IMG/VR virus record: IMGVR_UViG_3300030202_003282
Span: 1-64,000 of that record
Source: a virus
DNA length: 64,000 bases
Strand: one strand, 5' to 3'
Each line of letters begins with the position of its first letter. The first letter of the stretch is position 1. Positions 55,636 through 64,000 of the stretch are shown here, piece by piece. The position numbers were made by a program, and so were the translations under genes. Under the pieces are notes generated by a model. It saw nothing but the letters and a program-made list of their open reading frames with translations, made no database searches and was not told where the DNA came from.

Positions 55636-58600
55636 ATGGCTAAATGTATAAATAGAAGTGCTCCAGAATATGCTCCTTTATTAAAGAAGTATAAGTCTGT
55701 AATTACAGTAGATAGTATTATAAATAAATGGCAAGATTTTAATTTTGGTACAGATTTATTTCCTACAGTAGCACAAGCGGAAGAATATCTTAATAATAAA
55801 AAAGCAGTATATTCATTAAAACAAAGAGAATTTGATGAAGCGTTAGTTGCTAATTTAAGAAAATTAGGTTTAGTGCAAAGAAGAAATGTAAATGGTCAAT
55901 TAACTATTTATGTGCAGAATACGCCTAAAGAAGGAGCCCCTTATATATTTAGAGCAGAAAAAGATCAGCTGTTAAATAATGAGCAATCTAAAAAAGTTGC
56001 AGATGAAAATTTTAATAAAGTTTTAAAATATCTGCAAGTTCACGGAATGCCTTTAGATTATTTTATTCCTACGTATACAAAAAGAACTATAAGATTAGAT
56101 GTTAATCCTTCTGCAGTTAAACCAAAAGATATAATAGAAATAGCTAAAAAAGCTACTAGAAAAATTTCTCCTAATACTACTGCAATATTAGAGCATTTAG
56201 GACAAATGTTTCCTCAATTAAATATTAATGTAGTTAATAAAGAACAAGCACGTAGATATTGGGAATCATTACCACAAGCAATAAGAGGGTTAAATAAAAA
56301 TAAATTTGACCAGGTAAACTCATTTTACTATAGAGGAAATGTAATATTAATTGAAGGAAGAATTAATAGTGAAACAGCAATAGAAGAAGTATTACACCCA
56401 TTTATGGATGCAGTATATGCACAAAATAAAAGTTTATTTGAAGGTTTATTGTCAGAAGCTAAAGAAAACTTTCCTGAATTAGTTGTTAAAATTGAAAATG
56501 CATATAAAACTAGTGATGATGTATTTTTTGATCAAACTCAAATAGATAAAGAAATAGTAACACAAGCTTTATCTAGACATTTTAATAGAGAATATGAAAA
56601 TAATCCAACAGAAAGTTGGACAACAATGATAAAAGATTTGTTTGATTTTTTTATGACAATTTTAAAAGATCTACATAAATATATAAGTGGTAAAAATTTA
56701 AAAGGAGTTAGAGTTGAATCTATAGTTGGCTTTGCAAAATTATCTGATATTGCTAAACTTTTAAATACTTCAAATATTTCATTTGATTTATCATTAGCAA
56801 ATAAAGATAAAATAAATAAAGTTCAGTATTCTTTATCTCCAGGTAAAATGGCTATTATAAATGCTGCAATAGCACAAGGAAATCCGCTTCAACAAAAAAT
56901 TGTAGCACAATTATTTCATACACCTGGAAATGTACCTATGGATAAAGATAGTGCTTTTACAGATGAAGATGGTAATTATGATTTTTTAACTGCTACAGGA
57001 GTACAGGATGGTGAAACTATAATAGTATTAAATGCAAAAGATCATGTATACTATAATGTAAAGACGGGAGAAGCATATACATCAGCTACTACTGTTATAA
57101 AAGGTACAATGCCTGAATCAGTGAGAAAAGATAAAAGAATAGCTCTTGAATTAGGAAATGATTTTGATGCAATTACAGACGGTATAGCTGCAGGATTAAC
57201 TTTAGATCAAATTAAAGATAATATGACAATATTAGATCCTGAAGTAATTAGAGATGCATATAATCAAATATTTGCAACAGTTAATAATATTGAAATGGAA
57301 CCTACAATGGTGGGTAAACCAGAAAGAAATATTGTTTTACCACAAGTAATTTTATATGATGAAAAGACAAAAACTGCTGGTACAGTAGATTTAATGGTTA
57401 TTACACCAACAGGACAAATAAGAATTATAGATTTAAAAACTAGTAAAAATTCAATTAACAAAATTGATAGATTTTCTAAAAGTCCTGCATATAGTACAAA
57501 TAGTTTTCCTTTAGGAGAAGATTCTAAATTATTATATGAAACTGAAGATGGTCAATATTTATTAGATTCAAAAGGTAATAAAATTAGAAAAACAGAATTA
57601 TCTGGAAAAAGAAAAGGTTTGCCTTTACGTATAGAAATGACTACAAAGCAACAACATGATATGCAAGTTAATCTTTATAGAAGAATGGCTGAAAACATGG
57701 GGTTAGAAATTGAGCATGGTAGGTTAGGTACAATGACTTATCATATTCATGTTCCTTGGACTACAAAAGATTTTAATAAAGATGGTAAATATACAGGAAC
57801 ATTTAGATTAGAAGGTTTCCAAGTTCAACAAGATCAACAAAATGAACTTTATATTGATCAATTAGTACCTGAAGATAGAAATAGTTGGAGTGCTGAAAAA
57901 ATGCAAAGAACGGTTGAGCAAGATGAAAATTCTCCTTTAAAGGATAATTATTTAAATGATAACGAAGCATTGCCAGAAGATATTACTGATGCAAATGGGC
58001 TTACAGAATACAATACTATTTTTACTGCATTGCAAGATTTTAAACAAGGATTGTTAGATAGAAAAACTGCATTATTACAATTAAGATCAGCAATTACATT
58101 AGACAAAACAAGAGCTGAAGCTGTTGAAATGATTGATGATAAAATAGCTGCTATTGAAGTTGCAACTTTAATAGGTGATGGTAAAAAAATGGCAGCTGAA
58201 TATACTAGACTTATGACATCTTCTATTAAAGAAATGGATAAGTTTATAGAATACATGAATAATCCTAAAAATTATAATTCTCAAAAGTATATTAATTATG
58301 CTTTAAATTTTGACAAGTTTATTGCAACATATTCTGGATTAAGAAATATAAAAAAATCTGGAGATTTGAATAATACTCAGATGAAATTATTATTGACTTT
58401 AGAAGATAAACTTAAAGAAATTGGTGGTTATCAAAAATCAGGTGGAGAAGTAGTAGAAGGACTTGTAGATAAAGCTATTTCAAATTATGTTAGAACATAT
58501 GTTAAAGAAAATAGTAACAGAGAAGATTTAGATGATGCTACATTAGATAGTATAATGAAGTTAGGTGAAGACATAGGCATGTTTGAATTTGGAACTTATG

Positions 58601-61521
58601 ATATATCTACATCAAGAGATACCCTTCTTGCATTGATGGATAAGGTTTTTAAAGCTAAACAACAAGAAGTATTAGATAAAATTTCTAATAGAGAATATAG
58701 AATAAGACAATCTGCTTCAACTTTAGCTAAATTATCTTCAGGAAATGATCAAAATGAATTCTATAATTATATGTTAGAATTTGATGAAGAAGGTGTTCCA
58801 ACAGGAATGGTTGTTCAGAAAATTGGAAAGCAATATTGGAATAAAAAGAAAACTTTTTATGATAAACTATCTGATGCTAGTGGTGTGCCATTACAATACA
58901 GACATATTGATAGTATAGAAGAAGCTAAAAAAACAAAACAAGGAAGAGAAGATATTGCATATAACATAGCATTACATAAAAGAAAAATGGAGTTTGCTGT
59001 TTTTATGAGAGCTGAATATACGCAAGATGGTACTTTAAGAGATGGTAGATATCACAGGTATAATGATGAATTTATTAAAGCACGTTTAATACATGAAACT
59101 TATGTACAAGTAGGAGATAATCATGGTCATTGGGAACAAAAGAAAGGTATGACTGATGCTGCATATCAAAAATATTTAGTTAAGTATTATGATCAAAAAG
59201 ATAATGTAACTAAATCTGAATACATTGGTGGTGAATTTACCGGTAAAGTATATGAAGTACCAACTAGATTTTATGTTAAAAAAGATTATGTAATTATAAA
59301 TGAAACTGCAAAAAATGATAAGGGTGGATTAGAGTCTATGGTTAGTGAAAAATGGGATAAAATAATGAATCCTACTGATGCACTAGGAGAAGCTCAAAAA
59401 GATTTTTATAACACTTACATGGAGATTTACAATGACATGTTGGAAAAATTACCTATGACAACTAGAGATAAGATGTTAGGTAAAATGCCTTTAATTAAAA
59501 ATACATTTTTTGAAAGCTTAAAAGATAAACCAAATGCAGTGGCTAACTTATGGACTAAAATGACCAGAGGTACTAAAGATTTCTTTACAAGTACTGCTCA
59601 TAGTAAAAGAGTTGTTTTAGATGAACAAGGTAATCTTACAGATCAATTGCCAATATTTTATGTTGGTTCTCCAAGAACAGAAGAACAATTGAAAAAAATT
59701 CTTGATGATATAGAAGCTTTAGAAATAAGATATAAAGAAGGAGGACCTAATGCAATAAGTTTTGAAGAGTATAAAAAACAGTTACAAGTTCTTAAAGGAG
59801 AAGAAGCTAAAATAAGACAAGTTCCTACAAGATCAGAAATAAGTAAAGATATGGCTGATAGTTTATTAAGATTTACTGCAATGGCTGAAAATTATGAAGT
59901 CATGGGACAAGCAGAAGATACTATAAATGCCATGTTAAAAATAATAGAAAAAAGAACTTATACAACATCTGAGAATGTTGTTACAGCATATATAAAAGGT
60001 AAAAAAGAACAAGTAGGAGAAGTTAAAGGTTCAGATTCAAATGTTTATAAAAGAGCTAAAAAATGGATGAACATGGTTTATTATAACAATGATTCAATGA
60101 GCAAATCTGTGGCAGATAAAATGGTATCTAAAGTAATAAGATATTCTTCTTTATCTTATGTTGCTTGGAATCCATTTGGTAATATAAACAACTATGTAAT
60201 AGCAAGATTAAATAATGGTATAGAAGTAGCAGGACAAAGATTTTTTTCTGCTAAATCATATGCAAGAGCAACGGCAGAATTTAATAAAAGAGTTATGCCA
60301 GACTTAGTAAGAAAAACAGCTTTTGCTGGTGGACAATTTGCATCAGGTCAATATGATCAATATGAGGCACAATCAAAATATGAAGCTTTTGTTGAATTAT
60401 TTAGAATGATGGATAATACTGCTGATATCCGTGAATCTGGTTATAATGGAAAAAAAGGTTTGTTTTCTAAATTTATGGATTTAGGTTATTTACTACAAGA
60501 TGGTGCAGAATATAATGTTCAAACTAAAGTAGGAATGGCCATGATTATGGATGTTCAAGTTAGAAAAAGTAAAGAGGGCAATGGAGGAGAAACATTGAGT
60601 TTATGGGATGCTATGGAATTTAACTCAGTTACTCATAAATTAACTTTAAAAGAAGGTTTTGATGAAGTAGCAGAAAGAAATAGTGCTGATCCTAAAAGTG
60701 GAGAAAGAAATTGGACAAAATATGATGATCAGTGGAGATATCAATATAGAAATAAAATACGTGAAGTAAACAAACAAATACACGGTAACTATGCTCATGA
60801 AGATAGAATGGTAATTCAATCACATTGGGGTGGTGAATTAATAGCTCAATTTCACAAGTGGGTTGTCCCTGCTATTAAGGCAAGATATAGAAAAGAATAT
60901 TTTGATGAAAATGTAGGTTACTTAGAAGGTAGATATAGAAGTTTATTTCAATTAACAAAATGGGCTTGGAAAAATAAAGCCAATATAAAAAATCTTAAAG
61001 AACAATTTAAACAAGATTTTGGTGAAGGAAATAGAGCTAAAATGAAAGTTTTAAATCTTTATAGAGCAGCTGGTGAAACAGCTATAATGTTTACTACACT
61101 TGCAGTAGCAAGTTTATTAAAAGGTTTATTTGAAGATGATGATGATGACTCACCAGGAATGAGAAGGCTTAAAAATGCTATGGTGTATCAAGCAGATAGA
61201 GCATATAAAGAATTAATACAATTTGCTTGGTTTACACCAGATGGAGTAAAACAAATATGGCAGATGGTAGGATCTCCTATAGCTTCTACAAGAACATTAG
61301 GAGAATTAACAGAAGCTTTTGTTGCAACTGCAGATTATGCATATTATGGATTAACTCAACCACCAGAAGAATTTTATAAAAATTCAGATATTTATTATCA
61401 AAGAAGGCCACGTAAAGGTCAGCTTAAATTAGCAAAGGAATGGAAAGATGTAGTTCCAATAATATATGGTATTCAAAGATGGGCTGATTTTGAAAATCAA
61501 AAAGATTTTTATATTAAATAA
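55636..61521 (+). CDS. Large putative ejected protein with degenerate zincin and PD-(D/E)XK nuclease domains (1961 aa)
   Basis: EEVLHPF...KEIVTQ; AGTVDLMV...IRIIDLKTS...QVNLY; C-terminal KQIHGNY...QFHKW..P...GYLEGRYRS and a hydrophobic helix; follows the RNAP as in Crassvirales. Confidence 0.8.
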   Translation: MAKCINRSAPEYAPLLKKYKSVITVDSIINKWQDFNFGTDLFPTVAQAEEYLNNKKAVYSLKQREFDEALVANLRKLGLVQRRNVNGQLTIYVQNTPKEGAPYIFRAEKDQLLNNEQSKKVADENFNKVLKYLQVHGMPLDYFIPTYTKRTIRLDVNPSAVKPKDIIEIAKKATRKISPNTTAILEHLGQMFPQLNINVVNKEQARRYWESLPQAIRGLNKNKFDQVNSFYYRGNVILIEGRINSETAIEEVLHPFMDAVYAQNKSLFEGLLSEAKENFPELVVKIENAYKTSDDVFFDQTQIDKEIVTQALSRHFNREYENNPTESWTTMIKDLFDFFMTILKDLHKYISGKNLKGVRVESIVGFAKLSDIAKLLNTSNISFDLSLANKDKINKVQYSLSPGKMAIINAAIAQGNPLQQKIVAQLFHTPGNVPMDKDSAFTDEDGNYDFLTATGVQDGETIIVLNAKDHVYYNVKTGEAYTSATTVIKGTMPESVRKDKRIALELGNDFDAITDGIAAGLTLDQIKDNMTILDPEVIRDAYNQIFATVNNIEMEPTMVGKPERNIVLPQVILYDEKTKTAGTVDLMVITPTGQIRIIDLKTSKNSINKIDRFSKSPAYSTNSFPLGEDSKLLYETEDGQYLLDSKGNKIRKTELSGKRKGLPLRIEMTTKQQHDMQVNLYRRMAENMGLEIEHGRLGTMTYHIHVPWTTKDFNKDGKYTGTFRLEGFQVQQDQQNELYIDQLVPEDRNSWSAEKMQRTVEQDENSPLKDNYLNDNEALPEDITDANGLTEYNTIFTALQDFKQGLLDRKTALLQLRSAITLDKTRAEAVEMIDDKIAAIEVATLIGDGKKMAAEYTRLMTSSIKEMDKFIEYMNNPKNYNSQKYINYALNFDKFIATYSGLRNIKKSGDLNNTQMKLLLTLEDKLKEIGGYQKSGGEVVEGLVDKAISNYVRTYVKENSNREDLDDATLDSIMKLGEDIGMFEFGTYDISTSRDTLLALMDKVFKAKQQEVLDKISNREYRIRQSASTLAKLSSGNDQNEFYNYMLEFDEEGVPTGMVVQKIGKQYWNKKKTFYDKLSDASGVPLQYRHIDSIEEAKKTKQGREDIAYNIALHKRKMEFAVFMRAEYTQDGTLRDGRYHRYNDEFIKARLIHETYVQVGDNHGHWEQKKGMTDAAYQKYLVKYYDQKDNVTKSEYIGGEFTGKVYEVPTRFYVKKDYVIINETAKNDKGGLESMVSEKWDKIMNPTDALGEAQKDFYNTYMEIYNDMLEKLPMTTRDKMLGKMPLIKNTFFESLKDKPNAVANLWTKMTRGTKDFFTSTAHSKRVVLDEQGNLTDQLPIFYVGSPRTEEQLKKILDDIEALEIRYKEGGPNAISFEEYKKQLQVLKGEEAKIRQVPTRSEISKDMADSLLRFTAMAENYEVMGQAEDTINAMLKIIEKRTYTTSENVVTAYIKGKKEQVGEVKGSDSNVYKRAKKWMNMVYYNNDSMSKSVADKMVSKVIRYSSLSYVAWNPFGNINNYVIARLNNGIEVAGQRFFSAKSYARATAEFNKRVMPDLVRKTAFAGGQFASGQYDQYEAQSKYEAFVELFRMMDNTADIRESGYNGKKGLFSKFMDLGYLLQDGAEYNVQTKVGMAMIMDVQVRKSKEGNGGETLSLWDAMEFNSVTHKLTLKEGFDEVAERNSADPKSGERNWTKYDDQWRYQYRNKIREVNKQIHGNYAHEDRMVIQSHWGGELIAQFHKWVVPAIKARYRKEYFDENVGYLEGRYRSLFQLTKWAWKNKANIKNLKEQFKQDFGEGNRAKMKVLNLYRAAGETAIMFTTLAVASLLKGLFEDDDDDSPGMRRLKNAMVYQADRAYKELIQFAWFTPDGVKQIWQMVGSPIASTRTLGELTEAFVATADYAYYGLTQPPEEFYKNSDIYYQRRPRKGQLKLAKEWKDVVPIIYGIQRWADFENQKDFYIK

Positions 61522-61574
61522 TATTCTTATAAATTTTTTGCTAGCAATAAGATTTTTGTTAGATTATAAGAGTA

Positions 61575-61814
61575 ATGAATTGGACAAACATAATCAACAG
61601 AAAAAGAAAGCTAACTCCAACAGAAAGAATAGCTAGTAGAATAGGGTATTTAGGTGCTGGACTTTTAATAGCTGGACAATGGACGTTAGAACCAATTTTA
61701 TTTATAATTGGATTTATATTTGTTATTGTACAAGTTGTTGTACGTAAACAATGGAATTTGGTAGCACTAAATATAAATGGTTTATTAGCTTGGTTAAAGC
61801 ATTTGCTTTTATAA
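61575..61814 (+). CDS. Small membrane protein (79 aa, 2-3 TM helices)
   Basis: IGYLGAGLLIAG, ILFIIGFIFVIVQV, WNLVALNINGLLAWL. Confidence 0.65.
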   Translation: MNWTNIINRKRKLTPTERIASRIGYLGAGLLIAGQWTLEPILFIIGFIFVIVQVVVRKQWNLVALNINGLLAWLKHLLL

Positions 61815-61842
61815 ATAAAGGGCAGTATCTCTACCACCCTCT
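61812..61842 (-). terminator. Intrinsic terminator for the minus-strand nrdJ transcript
   Basis: Minus strand AGGGUGGUA-GAGA-UACUGCCCU (9 bp with two G:U, GNRA loop) followed by UUAUUUA; it pairs poorly on the plus strand. Confidence 0.7.
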
Positions 61843-61916
61843 ATTTAACCTTTATATAAATATGAACGAAACTTATAAAGGTATTCCATAATATAATTTT
61901 TCAATCCAACACATAA

Positions 61917-63776
61917 CTATTGAATTTCACAAGCTCCACCAGCACAAGCCAGTTCACCTGTTAGATTTGTTTCATCTTTTTCTTCAATTACTTTAGAAAG
62001 ATCTATTTCTTGTAAATGTATTAACATTTTTTCATATTCTTTTTTAGTAATATCTTGAAAAGGTGCTTGTTTGTATGTACCTCCATTATAAGGTAGTACA
62101 GATAATCCATTATAATATTTACGATTATCCCACATCCATTCACCTGCAGCTTCCCACTCATGTTCTTTTAAGCTAATTGTTGCAGAAACATTGTGTGTAT
62201 TAGATCCAGTTCTATGACCTGGTTTAATCCACTCTTGTGCTATACGCTTAACTCTATCTAACAATTGAAATGGAGATTCAGTTCTCATTATAGCTCCAGA
62301 AGGAGCTTTTTGAGGAATACTGATTACAGCTGTAGTATGAGGACTAAAATACTCATCTTCAACTAGTTCAGGGATATTCTTAGAGAGATACTCATAAATA
62401 GCTTCATTTTTACCTACACGTAAAGTACGTATATAATAATCATTATGCCAAGCATGAATACCAGAAGAAGTACCTAAAGTAAGAGATGTAGTTCCAGCAG
62501 GTTTTACAGTTGTTGTTCTAGCTGACTTGTTAATATCAATTAACTTTGCAATTCTAGAGTTTTCTCTCTTTACAAGATCTGCAGCTTTAGTCATGTCATA
62601 ACCTAATACAGCTCCGGATCCAATTCCTGTCATTGATACACCAATAAGTGCATCTTTTTCAGTTGTTTCTCTCCAGATATCTCTTAAATAATGAAAGTCA
62701 GTGTAACCAGCTTGCAATGTTCCAATAAAAGCTGCAGCTTTAACTCTTTCATTAAGATCTTCTTGAGATGTAATATTAGATACATTAACTTCACAAAGAT
62801 TACAGAATTGATATGGACGCAATGCAATTTCACAACAAGGATTAGTTCCCCAATCTTTATCATTATTAAAGTAAATACCAGGTTCACCAGCACCACTCTT
62901 TTCTACACGCTCCCAAAGTTTCATAAAAAATTCTTTAGTAATTTTATGTCTCATCAGGACAGCAGAATTATTAGCACGGCCACGTTGTGGATTTAATTCC
63001 CACCAATCACCAGATTTAGATGCAATCATATCATTATCATCAGCAGAAAATAAACTAATAAGTGCAGCTCTACGTATACCACCTGCTAATACAGCATCAG
63101 CAATATGACAAACAATATCATGAACTTCTAATGTTGTTAATTGATCACCATCCTCTTTACTTTCTAAAATACCTGTTAATTTAACAATGCATTCTTTAAG
63201 TGGTTGAGGTCCAGGTGCTTTACCACCAGATGTTACAAGTCTTGCACCTTTAGCACGAATATCTGAATAATCAAATTCAATACGAGATCCTTTACCATTA
63301 AGATAAGACTTCATAAGTACTTTAATAGAATCAGCCCAACCTTCAATTGAATCACCAATTAAAAATCTTCTGCTTCTTTTTACATAAGGTTTATTTATAG
63401 GAGGTAATTTAGCTACATGATGTTTTTGTACAGAATAACCTACACCAGTTCCTCCCAATAATAAGAACATAATCTCACTAAATGAGTCAATATGATCTAA
63501 TGGTAAATATGCACAGTTATAAATTCTATTAGGAGATATTTCAATTGGTTTACCACCAAATTGCATACTTCTCATAGAAGGAAGAACTTTTTTATCATAT
63601 ACCATTTTATAAACTTCTTTAATTTCAGAAGAAAGTTTAGGATACTTTTTAATATGCATGTTTTTATTTCTAGTAACTAATTCATGCCAGGTTTCCCTGC
63701 GGTTTAGTTCTGGAACAAATCTTGCATATTTCATATAGACAGTGATTTCACTTAGAATTTGATTGCTTAATTCCAT
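61917..63776 (-). CDS. nrdJ: Class II (adenosylcobalamin-dependent) ribonucleotide reductase
   Basis: IYNCAY, GGTGVGYSV, AGGIRRAALI, GTNPCCEI (radical Cys), TTVKPAGT and C-terminal CAGGAC redox pair. Confidence 0.9.
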   Translation of the reverse strand: MELSNQILSEITVYMKYARFVPELNRRETWHELVTRNKNMHIKKYPKLSSEIKEVYKMVYDKKVLPSMRSMQFGGKPIEISPNRIYNCAYLPLDHIDSFSEIMFLLLGGTGVGYSVQKHHVAKLPPINKPYVKRSRRFLIGDSIEGWADSIKVLMKSYLNGKGSRIEFDYSDIRAKGARLVTSGGKAPGPQPLKECIVKLTGILESKEDGDQLTTLEVHDIVCHIADAVLAGGIRRAALISLFSADDNDMIASKSGDWWELNPQRGRANNSAVLMRHKITKEFFMKLWERVEKSGAGEPGIYFNNDKDWGTNPCCEIALRPYQFCNLCEVNVSNITSQEDLNERVKAAAFIGTLQAGYTDFHYLRDIWRETTEKDALIGVSMTGIGSGAVLGYDMTKAADLVKRENSRIAKLIDINKSARTTTVKPAGTTSLTLGTSSGIHAWHNDYYIRTLRVGKNEAIYEYLSKNIPELVEDEYFSPHTTAVISIPQKAPSGAIMRTESPFQLLDRVKRIAQEWIKPGHRTGSNTHNVSATISLKEHEWEAAGEWMWDNRKYYNGLSVLPYNGGTYKQAPFQDITKKEYEKMLIHLQEIDLSKVIEEKDETNLTGELACAGGACEIQ

Positions 63777-63879
63777 ATTGATTGTTTTAAAATGTTAATA
63801 ATTAATACATAATTGATTACTTCATCAATTATTTGGTTTTTGTTGTGATGTGTATTATAAGATATAAAAATTTAATTTA

Positions 63880-64000
63880 TTAAACAACACGTTCATATCT
63901 AAAAGTAATAAAAAAAATACCTAAATGTATTCCAGTACAACTTTTAAAATTTTCTTTATCATTGCTTACTTCACAATTTTTGATTTTTATTCCTATCAAT
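63880..64000 (-). CDS. C-terminal fragment of a hypothetical protein running off the window end
   Basis: Open minus-strand frame LIGIKIKNCEVSNDKENFKSCTGIHLGIFFITFRYERVV*. Confidence 0.45.
   Translation of the reverse strand, partial: LIGIKIKNCEVSNDKENFKSCTGIHLGIFFITFRYERVV

Noticed and set aside
705-62996. Short antisense or alternate-frame ORFs in the track (e.g. 705-935, 6591-6863, 26766-27065, 48214-48648, 50116-50496, 57948-58256, 61559-61837, 62691-62996)
   Set aside because: They lie within or opposite long, motif-bearing genes and have shadow-ORF composition; no independent support
39287-63776. Inteins or group I introns in the RNAP or RNR
   Set aside because: No C/S...HN-C/S/T splice motifs or LAGLIDADG blocks noticed; reading frames uninterrupted; NrdJ is of compact length
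1-64000. Stop-codon reassignment (TAG or TGA read-through), known in some crAss-like phages
   Set aside because: Genes up to 16 kb are open in the standard code. TAG (5455, 31321, 55621) and TGA (12080, 12702) end genes at sensible boundaries next to the following start.
1-64000. tRNA or rRNA genes
   Set aside because: Intergenic gaps are short and I saw no cloverleaf with a T-loop GTTCRA signature; not verified by tRNAscan

Overview
AT-rich, almost entirely + strand virion and ejected-protein module of a crAss-like phage (Crassvirales, similar to the aquatic Bacteroidota/Flavobacteriia phage phi14:2). Gene order: 3' end of the major capsid protein; conserved head, neck and ring genes; a small holin-like gene; Cys-rich fibre or decoration genes; a metallophosphoesterase; an IHF-like gene; three tiny Lys-rich proteins; a tail tubular protein and a 2310-aa muzzle/stabilisation protein; then six very large putative ejected (cargo) proteins. 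These include a 2118-aa polyvalent protein (ART-like, ParB-like, SLT, LysM), a 5444-aa virion RNA polymerase (DFDID) and a 1961-aa PD-(D/E)XK protein. A convergent class II ribonucleotide reductase closes the window. All family assignments come from motif recognition and gene order, not database searches. Most notable observations: (1) an intergenic hairpin at 10737-10762 whose 12-nt loop is complementary to an identical AAAACCAATAAA element just upstream of two start codons, a candidate phage sRNA system; (2) accessory domains in the cargo proteins bounded by short in-frame direct repeats, suggesting cassette shuffling; (3) a recurrent xxGG / P-x-(A/Y/F)-Q-x-x-G linker code across three cargo proteins; (4) a recurrent TTTTGTATATT promoter-like motif.
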